Source: a virus (Duplodnaviria; Caudoviricetes). Taken from it: DNA of 25,720 bases. Where the stretch lies: IMG/VR virus record IMGVR_UViG_3300020594_000131, positions 1-25,720 of that record; one strand, written 5' to 3'. This document shows, piece after piece, positions 8,669-16,789 of the stretch. The position numbers were made by a program, and so were the translations under genes. Below the pieces are notes generated by a model. That model had not been told where the DNA came from, ran no database searches, and was given only the letters and a program-made list of their open reading frames with translations. Each line of letters opens with the position of its first letter. The first letter of the stretch is position 1.

Positions 8669-9706
8669 ATGAGCAAGAGACTTACCGACCAATCTATCGA
8701 AACGAAAACCGCCGCGGTGAAAGCCGTCAATCAAGTCATCACCGACAATTACGCCATCTATGAAGGCGACGCTTGCGAGCTCATTCGTGGAGTACCGACG
8801 GGAACGGTGCATTTCGGCATCCATAGCCCGCCTTTCGAGGGCCTTTATCGGTTCAGCAATTCCGACCGAGACATCAGCAACAACGATGGCGATGGCTTTT
8901 GGGAGCACTATGCCTACCTGATCCAGGAATTGCTACGCGTGACCATGCCGGGCAGAATCCACGCAGTGCATTGCATGCAGTTGCCAACCAGCAAGATCAG
9001 ACACGGCCATATCGGCATGCGCGACTTCCGCGGCGAGGTCGTTCGTGCTTACGAGGATGCAGGGTGGATTTTCCATAGCGAGGTCTGTATCTGGAAAGAT
9101 CCAGTTGTCGCTCAGCAGCGCACGAAATCCATCCGTCTTCTGCATAAGCAGATTACCAAAGACAGCACCATTAGCGGGCAAGGCCTTGCAGACTATATGC
9201 TGATGTTCCGCAAGCCGGGCGATAATCCTGACCCGGTTGATGGCATGTTCGACCGTTATGTCGGTTATGGCAACGAACCTACGGCACTAGCGGATCGGCT
9301 GGCATCTGGCGAAGATCGTGCACGGGCCGAGAAATGGTTCTCGATTGAAGTCTGGCAGCGTTATGCATCGCCGGTCTGGATGGACATTAACCAGACACGC
9401 ACCCTGCAATATCGATCGGCGCGCGACGAGAAAGACGAGCAGCACATTTCGCCTTTGCAGTTGGATGTTATCGAGCGCTGCATCGAACTGTGGAGCAATC
9501 CCGGCGACGTCGTTCTGACACCGTTTTTGGGCATCGGCAGCGAGGTTTACGGCGCAGTTGCTGCCGGGCGTAAGGGTATCGGGTTCGAGTTGAAGCCGTC
9601 CTACTTCTCGCAGGCTGTGCGCAACATTGCGGCGCTTGATTACAGGCAAGACAACATCTTCGACGCGGCCAACGACAACTACGCGGAGGCTGCCAATGCA
9701 GCCTGA
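8669..9706 (+). CDS. DNA amino-methyltransferase (N4-C/N6-A family, beta-class motif order)
   Basis: Catalytic 'HSPPF' near the N-terminus; 'HISPLQLDVIERCIELWSNPGDVVLTPFLGIGSE' SAM-binding region near the C-terminus. Confidence 0.9.
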   Translation: MSKRLTDQSIETKTAAVKAVNQVITDNYAIYEGDACELIRGVPTGTVHFGIHSPPFEGLYRFSNSDRDISNNDGDGFWEHYAYLIQELLRVTMPGRIHAVHCMQLPTSKIRHGHIGMRDFRGEVVRAYEDAGWIFHSEVCIWKDPVVAQQRTKSIRLLHKQITKDSTISGQGLADYMLMFRKPGDNPDPVDGMFDRYVGYGNEPTALADRLASGEDRARAEKWFSIEVWQRYASPVWMDINQTRTLQYRSARDEKDEQHISPLQLDVIERCIELWSNPGDVVLTPFLGIGSEVYGAVAAGRKGIGFELKPSYFSQAVRNIAALDYRQDNIFDAANDNYAEAANAA

Positions 9707-10013
9707 CGATGTGTGTGCTGTCTGCGCCCGCCACGCCGTAGGCCTCGGCGTGCAGGCAGATCGCGAGCCGATCCGCTGGCTGTGCAAGGAATGCGCCGAC
9801 ATCGCCGAGCACATTCGGCATCGGCGTCGGTTAGATCCTTACGAGCTGCGTGCCCTTGATACCGGCGTCGAGGCGGTTGGTTCATACCTTCAAGAGCTTG
9901 GCAAAACCGACCTTAAGGACATGGACGAACTGGAAGCCAGGCAACTGGTGAAAGCCGCGTGGGAAGGCTGCGGGCGGGGGATGCGCGCGGCTTTGACGGA
10001 GGCGCCGTTTTGA
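9696..10013 (+). CDS. Hypothetical protein with CxxC...CxxC Zn finger (DUF6511-like)
   Basis: GGAGG RBS; CAVC and CKEC; C-terminal 'EAPF'. Confidence 0.7.
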   Translation: MQPDDVCAVCARHAVGLGVQADREPIRWLCKECADIAEHIRHRRRLDPYELRALDTGVEAVGSYLQELGKTDLKDMDELEARQLVKAAWEGCGRGMRAALTEAPF

Positions 10014-10708
10014 TGAACGATAACAGCCGCGGCCTTGTGATCCTGCTATGCAATCTCACGGACGCCATGGCCACGCCATGGGCCGACAATGGCTATGACG
10101 TCCTGATGGTTGACCCTCAGCACGGCATGACACATCAAGAAGGGCGAATTACGCGGTTTGCTGGAACGGTGCTGGAAGCAGCGCCGCTTCTGGCGCATCA
10201 CATTCGTCGAACGAAGATCGTCTTCGTGGCAGGCTTCCCGCCATGCACGGATGTCGCGGTCAGCGGCGCCAGGTGGTGGGCGGAAAAGAGGGCGAGGGAT
10301 CCATATTTTCAGGCAAAAGCAGCCATAGTTGCCGAGCAATGTCGGATGGTGTGTCTACTATCCGGGGCGCCTGGATTCTTTGAAAACCCCGTTTCGGCAT
10401 TCAGCAAGGTATTCGGTGCGCCTTCGCATACGTTCCATCCACATGACTACACCGGTATTTGCCTCGACGACAACTATGTGAAGAAAACCTGCCTTTAGGC
10501 GTTCAATGGATACAAAATGCCTGCTCCGCAACGTGACCAAACGCTAGGAAAGCCAGACAACCGTATCTGGATTGCGCCACCAAGCCCGGAACGCGCCAAC
10601 ATTCGAAGCGCGTTTCCACAGGGATTCTCGATCGCAAACTATTTGGCGAACGCGCCTCATCTGCGAGCCGCCAACGACAACTATGCAAATAGCAGTTGCG
10701 TGGCGTGA
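10013..10708 (+). pseudogene. Short phage C5-cytosine-methyltransferase-like gene interrupted by an in-frame TAG (10496-10498)
   Basis: 'GFPPCTDVAVSGARW' and 'ENPV' motifs; the frame continues through KKTCL*AFNGYKMP to the stop at 10708. Confidence 0.75.
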
Positions 10709-10711
10709 CGG

Positions 10712-11209
10712 TTACGAACCTTTCTTACCCTCATAAAGGGGTGCCCATTCCCCGATGAGTGCCGCTTCGAGAGTATTCATGACAGCCTGAGGCGTGCTTT
10801 CAGGAAGGAGAAAATCAATCCGCACCGTATTCTTTTTGATCCATTCATTCACCGTTTCCGGCGTGAGTATCACACCAGAAATCGGTGATTTATCGCAGAT
10901 GCTTCTGGCCAACGTGCTGCTAAGCCCGGAGATCACATTGTAATGATGAAAACTGTAACGTGACTGATTGCTTTGGCTCACCTGGCCCACCTTCAACGTG
11001 CGGAGATTTCCGTGAAGGTGAAATGAGTAAATAGCTTTGCGGTTCTTTGGGAGCGAGGGAACTTTCCCGCCTTCATGATCCCATACGCGCTGTTCAACAC
11101 TTAGCCCATCAACATCGCTAAAGTGTTGAATAATCTTATTATTTATAAACGCAAGTGACTCGTTTGCCTTGATTGCCAGAGGCGATTTCACAGATCGTTT
11201 GAAAAACAT
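10712..11209 (-). CDS. Antisense moron, GIY-YIG-like putative nuclease
   Basis: 'AIYSF...LKVGQ...SRY...LEAALIGEWAPLYEG' follows GIY-YIG motif order; AT-rich; opposite orientation to the backbone. Confidence 0.6.
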   Translation of the reverse strand: MFFKRSVKSPLAIKANESLAFINNKIIQHFSDVDGLSVEQRVWDHEGGKVPSLPKNRKAIYSFHLHGNLRTLKVGQVSQSNQSRYSFHHYNVISGLSSTLARSICDKSPISGVILTPETVNEWIKKNTVRIDFLLPESTPQAVMNTLEAALIGEWAPLYEGKKGS

Positions 11210-11238
11210 GCACCCACCCCATTTCTGAGGGAGATTTT

Positions 11239-13407
11239 ATGCATATATCGCAGGAACTCAATACCGACCCCATGCTTGACGTCGCCCTGTCCTACACGGC
11301 GCGCAGCTGGCCGGTTTTTCCGTGCCGCGCCGCCGATGAGGAATTCGTCGACGAGGACGGCCTTATCGAAATTCTCGCCACCAAAACTCCGCTGACCTCA
11401 AATGGGTTCCGCGGTGCAACGCTGAACGAGCGCATCGTGCGTGAGCTCTGGCGTCGCAATCCCGGTGCAATGATCGGCGTGCCGACCGGTGCGCCTATTG
11501 GTGCATGGGTGCTGGACATCGACCCGAAGCATGGCGGGCCGGATACGCTTGCAACACTCGAAGCCGAGCATGGCGCATTGCCCGCCACGCTTACCGCTGA
11601 AACCACGAGCGGCGGCCGACATTACTTCTTCAAGCATAAGGCTGGCGTTCGCAATCGTGGCGCGTTGGGCGCTGGCATCGATGTTCGTGGCGACGGTGGC
11701 TATGTCATTGCGGCCGGCAGCGTGCCTGCTGTCGGCCAGCCTTACCGCTGGCTGGTCGATATGGAACCGGTCGAGGCTCCAGACTGGTTGCTGGAGCTCG
11801 TTCTGCCACGGTCATACGACAGCACGACCACGTACCAAGCGCCGTCGGTCTCTGGTACGATTAACGATCGGTATGTCGAGCGCGCGGTACAGTCCGAGTT
11901 GGACGACCTCGCCATGGAACCGATGGGCAACCGCAACAATCGCCTGAACGACGCTGCGTTTCGGCTGGGCACCTTCGTTGGTGCCGGGGCCTTGTCGGAA
12001 TCCGAAGCGCGGGCCTTACTGCAGGACGTGGCGCGCGGATGGGGCAGGGACTTCCCACGTTGCTGCAAGACGATCGACAACGGACTGAAGGCGGGCAAGA
12101 TGCATCCGCGTCAGGCACCGGAGGCAGTCAATGACAATACCAAGCTCGTGGACATCACGCGCATGCTCGACAATGCCCGGGCGAAAGTTGATGAGCAGCG
12201 TGAACCCGAAGCTCATAACGAGGAACCAGAGGCACCGCAGGTCGTCGAAGAAGCCCCCACTGACCAACCCATCCTCGCAGCTACACCTTTCCAGTGGAAA
12301 GACCCGTCGACACTGCCACGCCGCGAATTTGCTTTCGGTCGCCATTTCATCCGCAAGTATGTCTCGGTGACAGTTGCTCCCGGTGGCCTAGGCAAAACTG
12401 CAAACAGCATCGTGGAAGCGCTGGCCATGGCGTCAGGCAAGGCTTTGAACGGCGTGAAGCCGCCGCGTCGACTTAAGGTCTGGCTGTTCAACGTTGAAGA
12501 CCCGCGCGACGAGCTGGAGCGGCGCATCATGGCGGCGTGCATTCACTTCAATCTCAAGCCTGAAGACATCGACGGTCATCTTTTCCTCGACAGCGGTCGC
12601 GAGCAGGAGCTTGTCGTGGCGATTGACGACAAGAAGGGCGTCAAAATTCAGGAGCCGATCGTCGAGGCGGTGGCAGAAACCATCCTTGCCAATGGCATTG
12701 ACGTAATGATCGTCGATCCATTCGTGTCGACGCATCAGGTCAACGAAAACGACAACGGCGCAATCGACAAGGTCGCAAAGCTCTGGGCGCAGATCGCCGA
12801 CTACACGAACTGCTCCATCGACATTGTGCACCACCTGCGCAAGGTGAGCGACCGCGAAGCTACCGTCGAAGATGCTCGCGGTGCGGTGGCGCTGATCGGT
12901 GCTGCGCGTTCGGTGCGCGTGCTTAACCGAATGTCAGAAGCGCAAGCCAATGAGGCAGGCGTTCCCGGTATGGATCGGTTCGGCTATTTCTCGATCACAT
13001 ACGGCAAGTCGAACCTTACTCCGCTGTCGCATCGGCTGGACTGGCGCCATATCGAAAGCGTGGCACTGGGCAACGGGCGAGGGCTGACGCAGCCGCAGGA
13101 CCACGCGCCGGTCGTCACCGAATGGCATTGGCCATCCAGCGAGGAAGTGGCTGAAGGTCTGTCGGACGAGCAGAAAGACGCAATCCGCGGCGCGGTAAAC
13201 GGCGGCATGTACAAGCAGGCGCCGCAAGCCAAGGACTGGGTCGGGCACGCCGTGGCTTATGCGCTGGGGCTGGATATCGATGACGAGGTGCAGAAGAAGC
13301 GGGCCAGCCTTATTACTAAGGCGCTATTCAAGGAAGGTTTCTTGGCAAAGGTCGAGGAGCGCGATCCGATACAGCGGAAGACAATGTCGTTTGTGCGGGC
13401 GGTTTGA
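11239..13407 (+). CDS. Bifunctional DNA primase/polymerase fused to an AAA (RepA-like) helicase
   Basis: Prim-Pol motifs 'WPVFPC', 'WVLDIDPKHGG', 'TTSGGRHYFF', 'IDVRGDGGYVIA'; Walker A 'APGGLGKT'; 'IVDPF'; 'IVHHLRK', 'DARGA'. Confidence 0.92.
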   Translation: MHISQELNTDPMLDVALSYTARSWPVFPCRAADEEFVDEDGLIEILATKTPLTSNGFRGATLNERIVRELWRRNPGAMIGVPTGAPIGAWVLDIDPKHGGPDTLATLEAEHGALPATLTAETTSGGRHYFFKHKAGVRNRGALGAGIDVRGDGGYVIAAGSVPAVGQPYRWLVDMEPVEAPDWLLELVLPRSYDSTTTYQAPSVSGTINDRYVERAVQSELDDLAMEPMGNRNNRLNDAAFRLGTFVGAGALSESEARALLQDVARGWGRDFPRCCKTIDNGLKAGKMHPRQAPEAVNDNTKLVDITRMLDNARAKVDEQREPEAHNEEPEAPQVVEEAPTDQPILAATPFQWKDPSTLPRREFAFGRHFIRKYVSVTVAPGGLGKTANSIVEALAMASGKALNGVKPPRRLKVWLFNVEDPRDELERRIMAACIHFNLKPEDIDGHLFLDSGREQELVVAIDDKKGVKIQEPIVEAVAETILANGIDVMIVDPFVSTHQVNENDNGAIDKVAKLWAQIADYTNCSIDIVHHLRKVSDREATVEDARGAVALIGAARSVRVLNRMSEAQANEAGVPGMDRFGYFSITYGKSNLTPLSHRLDWRHIESVALGNGRGLTQPQDHAPVVTEWHWPSSEEVAEGLSDEQKDAIRGAVNGGMYKQAPQAKDWVGHAVAYALGLDIDDEVQKKRASLITKALFKEGFLAKVEERDPIQRKTMSFVRAV

Positions 13408-13521
13408 TTCAATATGGATAGCACAGCTTGAACACCGAATGCCACTCGCACCAGTGAGCCGAATCTAATAAAAAAGAGTAGTGCCGCCTACGAATCTTCC
13501 TCGATCAAATTGGAATACACT

Positions 13522-14607
13522 ATGGACAGTGCGGTGCCCTTCCTGCATGCGCGTGGTCAGTCGGCTGATGAAATTCGGCGGTTGGATTGGAGCCGAAACC
13601 CTATCGGCTTGCCAGAAAGTTGGCCGGCGCCATTAGTCACAGCAGTTCAGATGATGTTGGCTTCGCATTTTCCCAAAGCAATCATTTGGGGGCCAGAATA
13701 TATCACGATTTATAATGACGCCTTCAAGCCAATTCTCGGTGAAAAAGAGAACTGCATGGGAGCTTCATTTCGCGATATTTGGTCGGAGGTTTGGGATGAG
13801 TTGCTACCCATGGTTCAGAAAGCTTATGCTGGCGAGGCGACTTTTATCGAAGACTTTCCGCTCGTTATCGATCGACACGGATTTGATGAACAATGCTATT
13901 TTACATTCTGCTATAGCCCGATCTTTGATCAACAAGGTCGGGTCGGCGGGATGATCGACACGGTCATTGAGACCACCCAAAAAGTGGAAGCCGAGAAGCA
14001 CGCCAGGATTCTCAACGCGGAGCTCGCGCATCGCATCAAGAACACGTTTAGCGTGGTATCCGCTATTGCGAGCCAGACTTTCAATAACAATGCTGATGAA
14101 GAAGTCATCAACACGTTTACAAAGCGACTTTTTGCTCTGGGAAATGCTCATGACGCCCTTCGTCTGGGTAAGAGCTCGGAAGGTTCGTTGCGGCTGATTG
14201 TGTCGGGCATAACAACTGCGCTGGCCGTAGCCGATCGCGTTCACATGACTGGTCCGGATGTATCGATTGGTCCCAAGGGTGCGTCGACACTTTCGCTTTT
14301 AATTCATGAACTAACGACCAATGCGATCAAGTATGGTGCGCTTTCTAATCCTACGGGGCATGTGCAAATGACCGTCGCCATATCCAAAAGACAGGTTGAG
14401 CCGGTTTTCTCGATGAATTGGATCGAAATCGGAGGGCCGCAGGTCGCCCAACCAACAAAAACAGGATTCGGCTCCAAGCTCATAAAAATGGGGCTTCTCG
14501 GAGCGGGGGAAGTTAGTTCCGAGTTTAAGCCAGAAGGATTCCAGGCAATGTTTACCGCGCCACTCCGGCAGCTGCAGGAGGAAGGACGATTGTCTAATTC
14601 CACGTGA
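13522..14607 (+). CDS. Cytoplasmic PAS-domain HWE-family sensor histidine kinase (orphan)
   Basis: H-box 'ELAHRIKN', N-box 'IHELTTNAIKYGALS', 'WIEIGGP' (WxE), 'TGFGSKLI'; N-terminal PAS-like 'DWSRNPIG...WP...YNDAF'; no transmembrane segment. Confidence 0.92.
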   Translation: MDSAVPFLHARGQSADEIRRLDWSRNPIGLPESWPAPLVTAVQMMLASHFPKAIIWGPEYITIYNDAFKPILGEKENCMGASFRDIWSEVWDELLPMVQKAYAGEATFIEDFPLVIDRHGFDEQCYFTFCYSPIFDQQGRVGGMIDTVIETTQKVEAEKHARILNAELAHRIKNTFSVVSAIASQTFNNNADEEVINTFTKRLFALGNAHDALRLGKSSEGSLRLIVSGITTALAVADRVHMTGPDVSIGPKGASTLSLLIHELTTNAIKYGALSNPTGHVQMTVAISKRQVEPVFSMNWIEIGGPQVAQPTKTGFGSKLIKMGLLGAGEVSSEFKPEGFQAMFTAPLRQLQEEGRLSNST

Positions 14608-14631
14608 TAGCAACCAGTATAATTAATCAGG

Positions 14632-14658
14632 AAAGCGGGGCTTCGGCTCCGCTTTTTT
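14632..14658. terminator. Intrinsic, probably bidirectional terminator
   Basis: aaagcggggc-ttcg-gctccgc-tttttt between convergent genes; cUUCGg loop. Confidence 0.85.
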
Positions 14659-15151
14659 ATTGAGTACCGCGAGCGCCTGTATCCTCGGTGTCCGACTTTC
14701 CGTTTGAGAAAAATATCAGGGTGAGCAGCGCAAACACCATTATGATAATAGCAACGTCGAAGGCGTTTACAGCGCAAGCGATTCCGATAGCTCCTGTCGA
14801 CCAGAGACTGGCCGCTGTTGCCGTACCTTTGACCGACGAACTTAAACGAAGGATTGCACCACCGCCGATAAAACCCATGCCCGTGATCACACCTTCAATA
14901 ATGCGCGCAAGCGCTTCTGGATTGTCGGTGGTTATTCCTTCTGTAGCTTGGATAAAGCCGCAACTGGCAACGGCGACCAGAGGAAAGGTCCGAAGGCCCG
15001 CGCTCCGCTCTTCGCGTTCTCGGTGCCAACCTATCGGCAACGCCAGGATGTACGCGGCGGCAAGCGCTATAATATGAGGCCAGACGTTGAAATTATCGGA
15101 CTTTAGCGCCTCTTCGAGCGCGATCTGAAGCTGATCCATGTCTTCTATCAC
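14657..15151 (-). CDS. MgtC/SapB family membrane protein
   Basis: 'PIGWHRE...SAGLRTFPLV', 'GVITGMGFIGGGAIL', 'VKGTATAASLW...IGIA'. Alternative start at ATG 15139. Confidence 0.92.
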   Translation of the reverse strand: MIEDMDQLQIALEEALKSDNFNVWPHIIALAAAYILALPIGWHREREERSAGLRTFPLVAVASCGFIQATEGITTDNPEALARIIEGVITGMGFIGGGAILRLSSSVKGTATAASLWSTGAIGIACAVNAFDVAIIIMVFALLTLIFFSNGKSDTEDTGARGTQ

Positions 15152-15172
15152 TCTGGGTCAATGGCTTCAGTA

Positions 15173-15197
15173 AACGTAGTTGCCGCGGTTCAGTTCC
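15173..15197 (-). promoter_or_regulatory. EcfG/RpoE2-type (general stress sigma) promoter for the MgtC-family gene
   Basis: Minus strand GGAAC-tgaaccgcggcaacta(16)-CGTT. Confidence 0.8.
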
Positions 15198-15357
15198 CGA
15201 CGGGAAACTTTGATACGCAGATAGCGATTTAGATATTGTTAGAACACAAGGGCAATCTCAGACATCGGTCAGCCTATTTCTTCAGCTGACTTCACGTTTC
15301 TATGAATTTTCTTTGACGGTTCCACCGGGATTTGCCTCAAGAAGTGGCCTAAAACAA

Positions 15358-15382
15358 GGAACCTATCAGCAAATGGTTCGTT
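15358..15382 (+). promoter_or_regulatory. EcfG/RpoE2-type promoter for the DUF892 gene
   Basis: GGAAC-ctatcagcaaatggtt(16)-CGTT, 26 nt upstream of the ATG. Confidence 0.8.
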
Positions 15383-15408
15383 TCGTTTTCCCCAACAGGA
15401 GGACGATC

Positions 15409-15882
15409 ATGAAAACTCTGTCTGATATTTTCGAGCATACCTTGCAGGACATTTATTACGCAGAGAACGCCATTACCAAGGCGCTTCCGAAGGTTGCCAA
15501 GGCGGCGAAAAGTGCCAAACTGAAGCAAGCCGCCGAGGAACATCTCGAAGAAACCAAGGGGCAGATCACGATCTTGAATGAGGTGTTTAAGTCTCTCAAA
15601 CTGAAGCCTACCGCCGAGAAATGCGATGCTATCGAAGGGCTAATCAAGGAAGCAGACGGCTTGATGGAAGAGGCAGGCGGCACGGCACTCGACGCCGGCC
15701 TACTCGCAGCTTGTCAGGCAGTCGAGCATTATGAAATTTCCAGATACGGTTCGCTGCGCGAATGGGCAAAGGAGCTCGGACACACGGAAGCGCACACCTT
15801 GCTGACCCATATTTTGGATCAGGAAAAAGCCACAAATAACAAACTCACGAACTTGGCGATAAGCCAAATTAATAAGGCATAG
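15409..15882 (+). CDS. yciF: Ferritin-like DUF892 (YciE/YciF family) stress protein
   Basis: 'LQDIYYAENAITKALPK', 'HLEETKGQI', 'CDAIEGLIKE', 'QAVEHYEISRYGSL', 'LDQEKATN'; AGGAGG RBS. Confidence 0.92.
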   Translation: MKTLSDIFEHTLQDIYYAENAITKALPKVAKAAKSAKLKQAAEEHLEETKGQITILNEVFKSLKLKPTAEKCDAIEGLIKEADGLMEEAGGTALDAGLLAACQAVEHYEISRYGSLREWAKELGHTEAHTLLTHILDQEKATNNKLTNLAISQINKA

Positions 15883-15958
15883 TTTTTTGGCTTCAAACGA
15901 GAGGAAGCGCACCGATCTTCCTCTCGTTTGTTCTTATTATACAACCCACCATCACAAT

Positions 15959-16160
15959 CAAAATACAACTTCTGATACTGCGTACTTCTTTGTGCGCACT
16001 TCTCGAAAAACCCTAAAAGAAGTTCGCAAATGCACGCTGCTTTTGGTGCGTAAGAGTTCTTATATAGAAACTTACGCACAAAGCGCGCGGCGCGCAGTTC
16101 TCGAGTTTTGAGAAGTGCGCACTTTTCCAGATTTTGGCCAATTCCAAAATACAACCTGAT
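15959..16160. repeat. Nested inverted/direct repeat array, probable phage replication origin
   Basis: IR gtgcgcacttctc 15992-16004/16110-16122; IR gtgcgtaag 16046-16054/16071-16079 around an AT-rich core; several TGCGnACTTC-like copies; flanking DR caaaatacaac 15959-15969/16145-16155. Confidence 0.6.
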
Positions 16161-16279
16161 TTGAGGGTGGCCCAAAATATTAGCCGCGCTGCGTCGCCAT
16201 TAACACCACATTTATTGTGACATTCCACACTCCTCTTGCCGCTACCAACGGCATACCGCAATCAACACGAGGAGCTCAC

Positions 16280-16789
16280 ATGGCACGCAGCCGCACACGC
16301 GCGCCTTCGTCTACGACCACAACCGCCACCAAAACCCAAACCGTCCGCATCAACGGCGCCCGCGTCAAGATCACCACCAAGGCTGGGCGAGTGACAACAA
16401 AGCCAGCCCTGCCGCTCGAATGGGAATTACAGGCGGCACAGGTATCCGCTCTCCGCCGCCTGCCACAGTACCAGCGCCAGTTCCTGCTGGCCGGTGACAT
16501 GAACGCCAGCAAGCGTGGACCAAGAGCCCAGGCCCAGGCAATCGCAACGGGAATGACCAGCGGCGAACCTGACCTTCGCATCTATGGCGAATACGGGCGT
16601 CTGCTGATGATCGAGAACAAGGTCGGGCAGGGAAGACTGTCGCCGGCCCAGAAAGACCGCCACGCGGCCCTTGAGCGGCTTGGCTACGCTGTTCTGGTCC
16701 TCAGGGCCACGACGACGACAGAAGCCGCTGAGCGGGCCGTTACGGCGGTTCTGGGGTGGCTTGCACAAGAGAAGGGGAAAGCAGCATGA
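16280..16789 (+). CDS. VRR-NUC domain nuclease (probable Holliday junction resolvase)
   Basis: 'GMTSGEPDL...LMIENKVGQGRLSPAQKDRHAALERLGY'; GAGGAG RBS. Confidence 0.85.
   Translation: MARSRTRAPSSTTTTATKTQTVRINGARVKITTKAGRVTTKPALPLEWELQAAQVSALRRLPQYQRQFLLAGDMNASKRGPRAQAQAIATGMTSGEPDLRIYGEYGRLLMIENKVGQGRLSPAQKDRHAALERLGYAVLVLRATTTTEAAERAVTAVLGWLAQEKGKAA

Noticed and set aside
9640-9720. tmRNA gene or attachment-site remnant
   Set aside because: The tag-like sequence is fused in frame to the methyltransferase, with no tRNA-like domain nearby.
11253-11277. GGAAC-N16-GCTT as a fourth EcfG promoter
   Set aside because: The -10 element mismatches and the site is inside the primase coding start.
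12745-12756. ENDN in the primase-helicase as another SsrA-like motif
   Set aside because: It lies within the folded AAA domain just after the Walker B region, so it was not counted.
15819-16261. Short ORFs across the repeat region
   Set aside because: No convincing RBS or protein-like composition; better explained as a non-coding repeat array.
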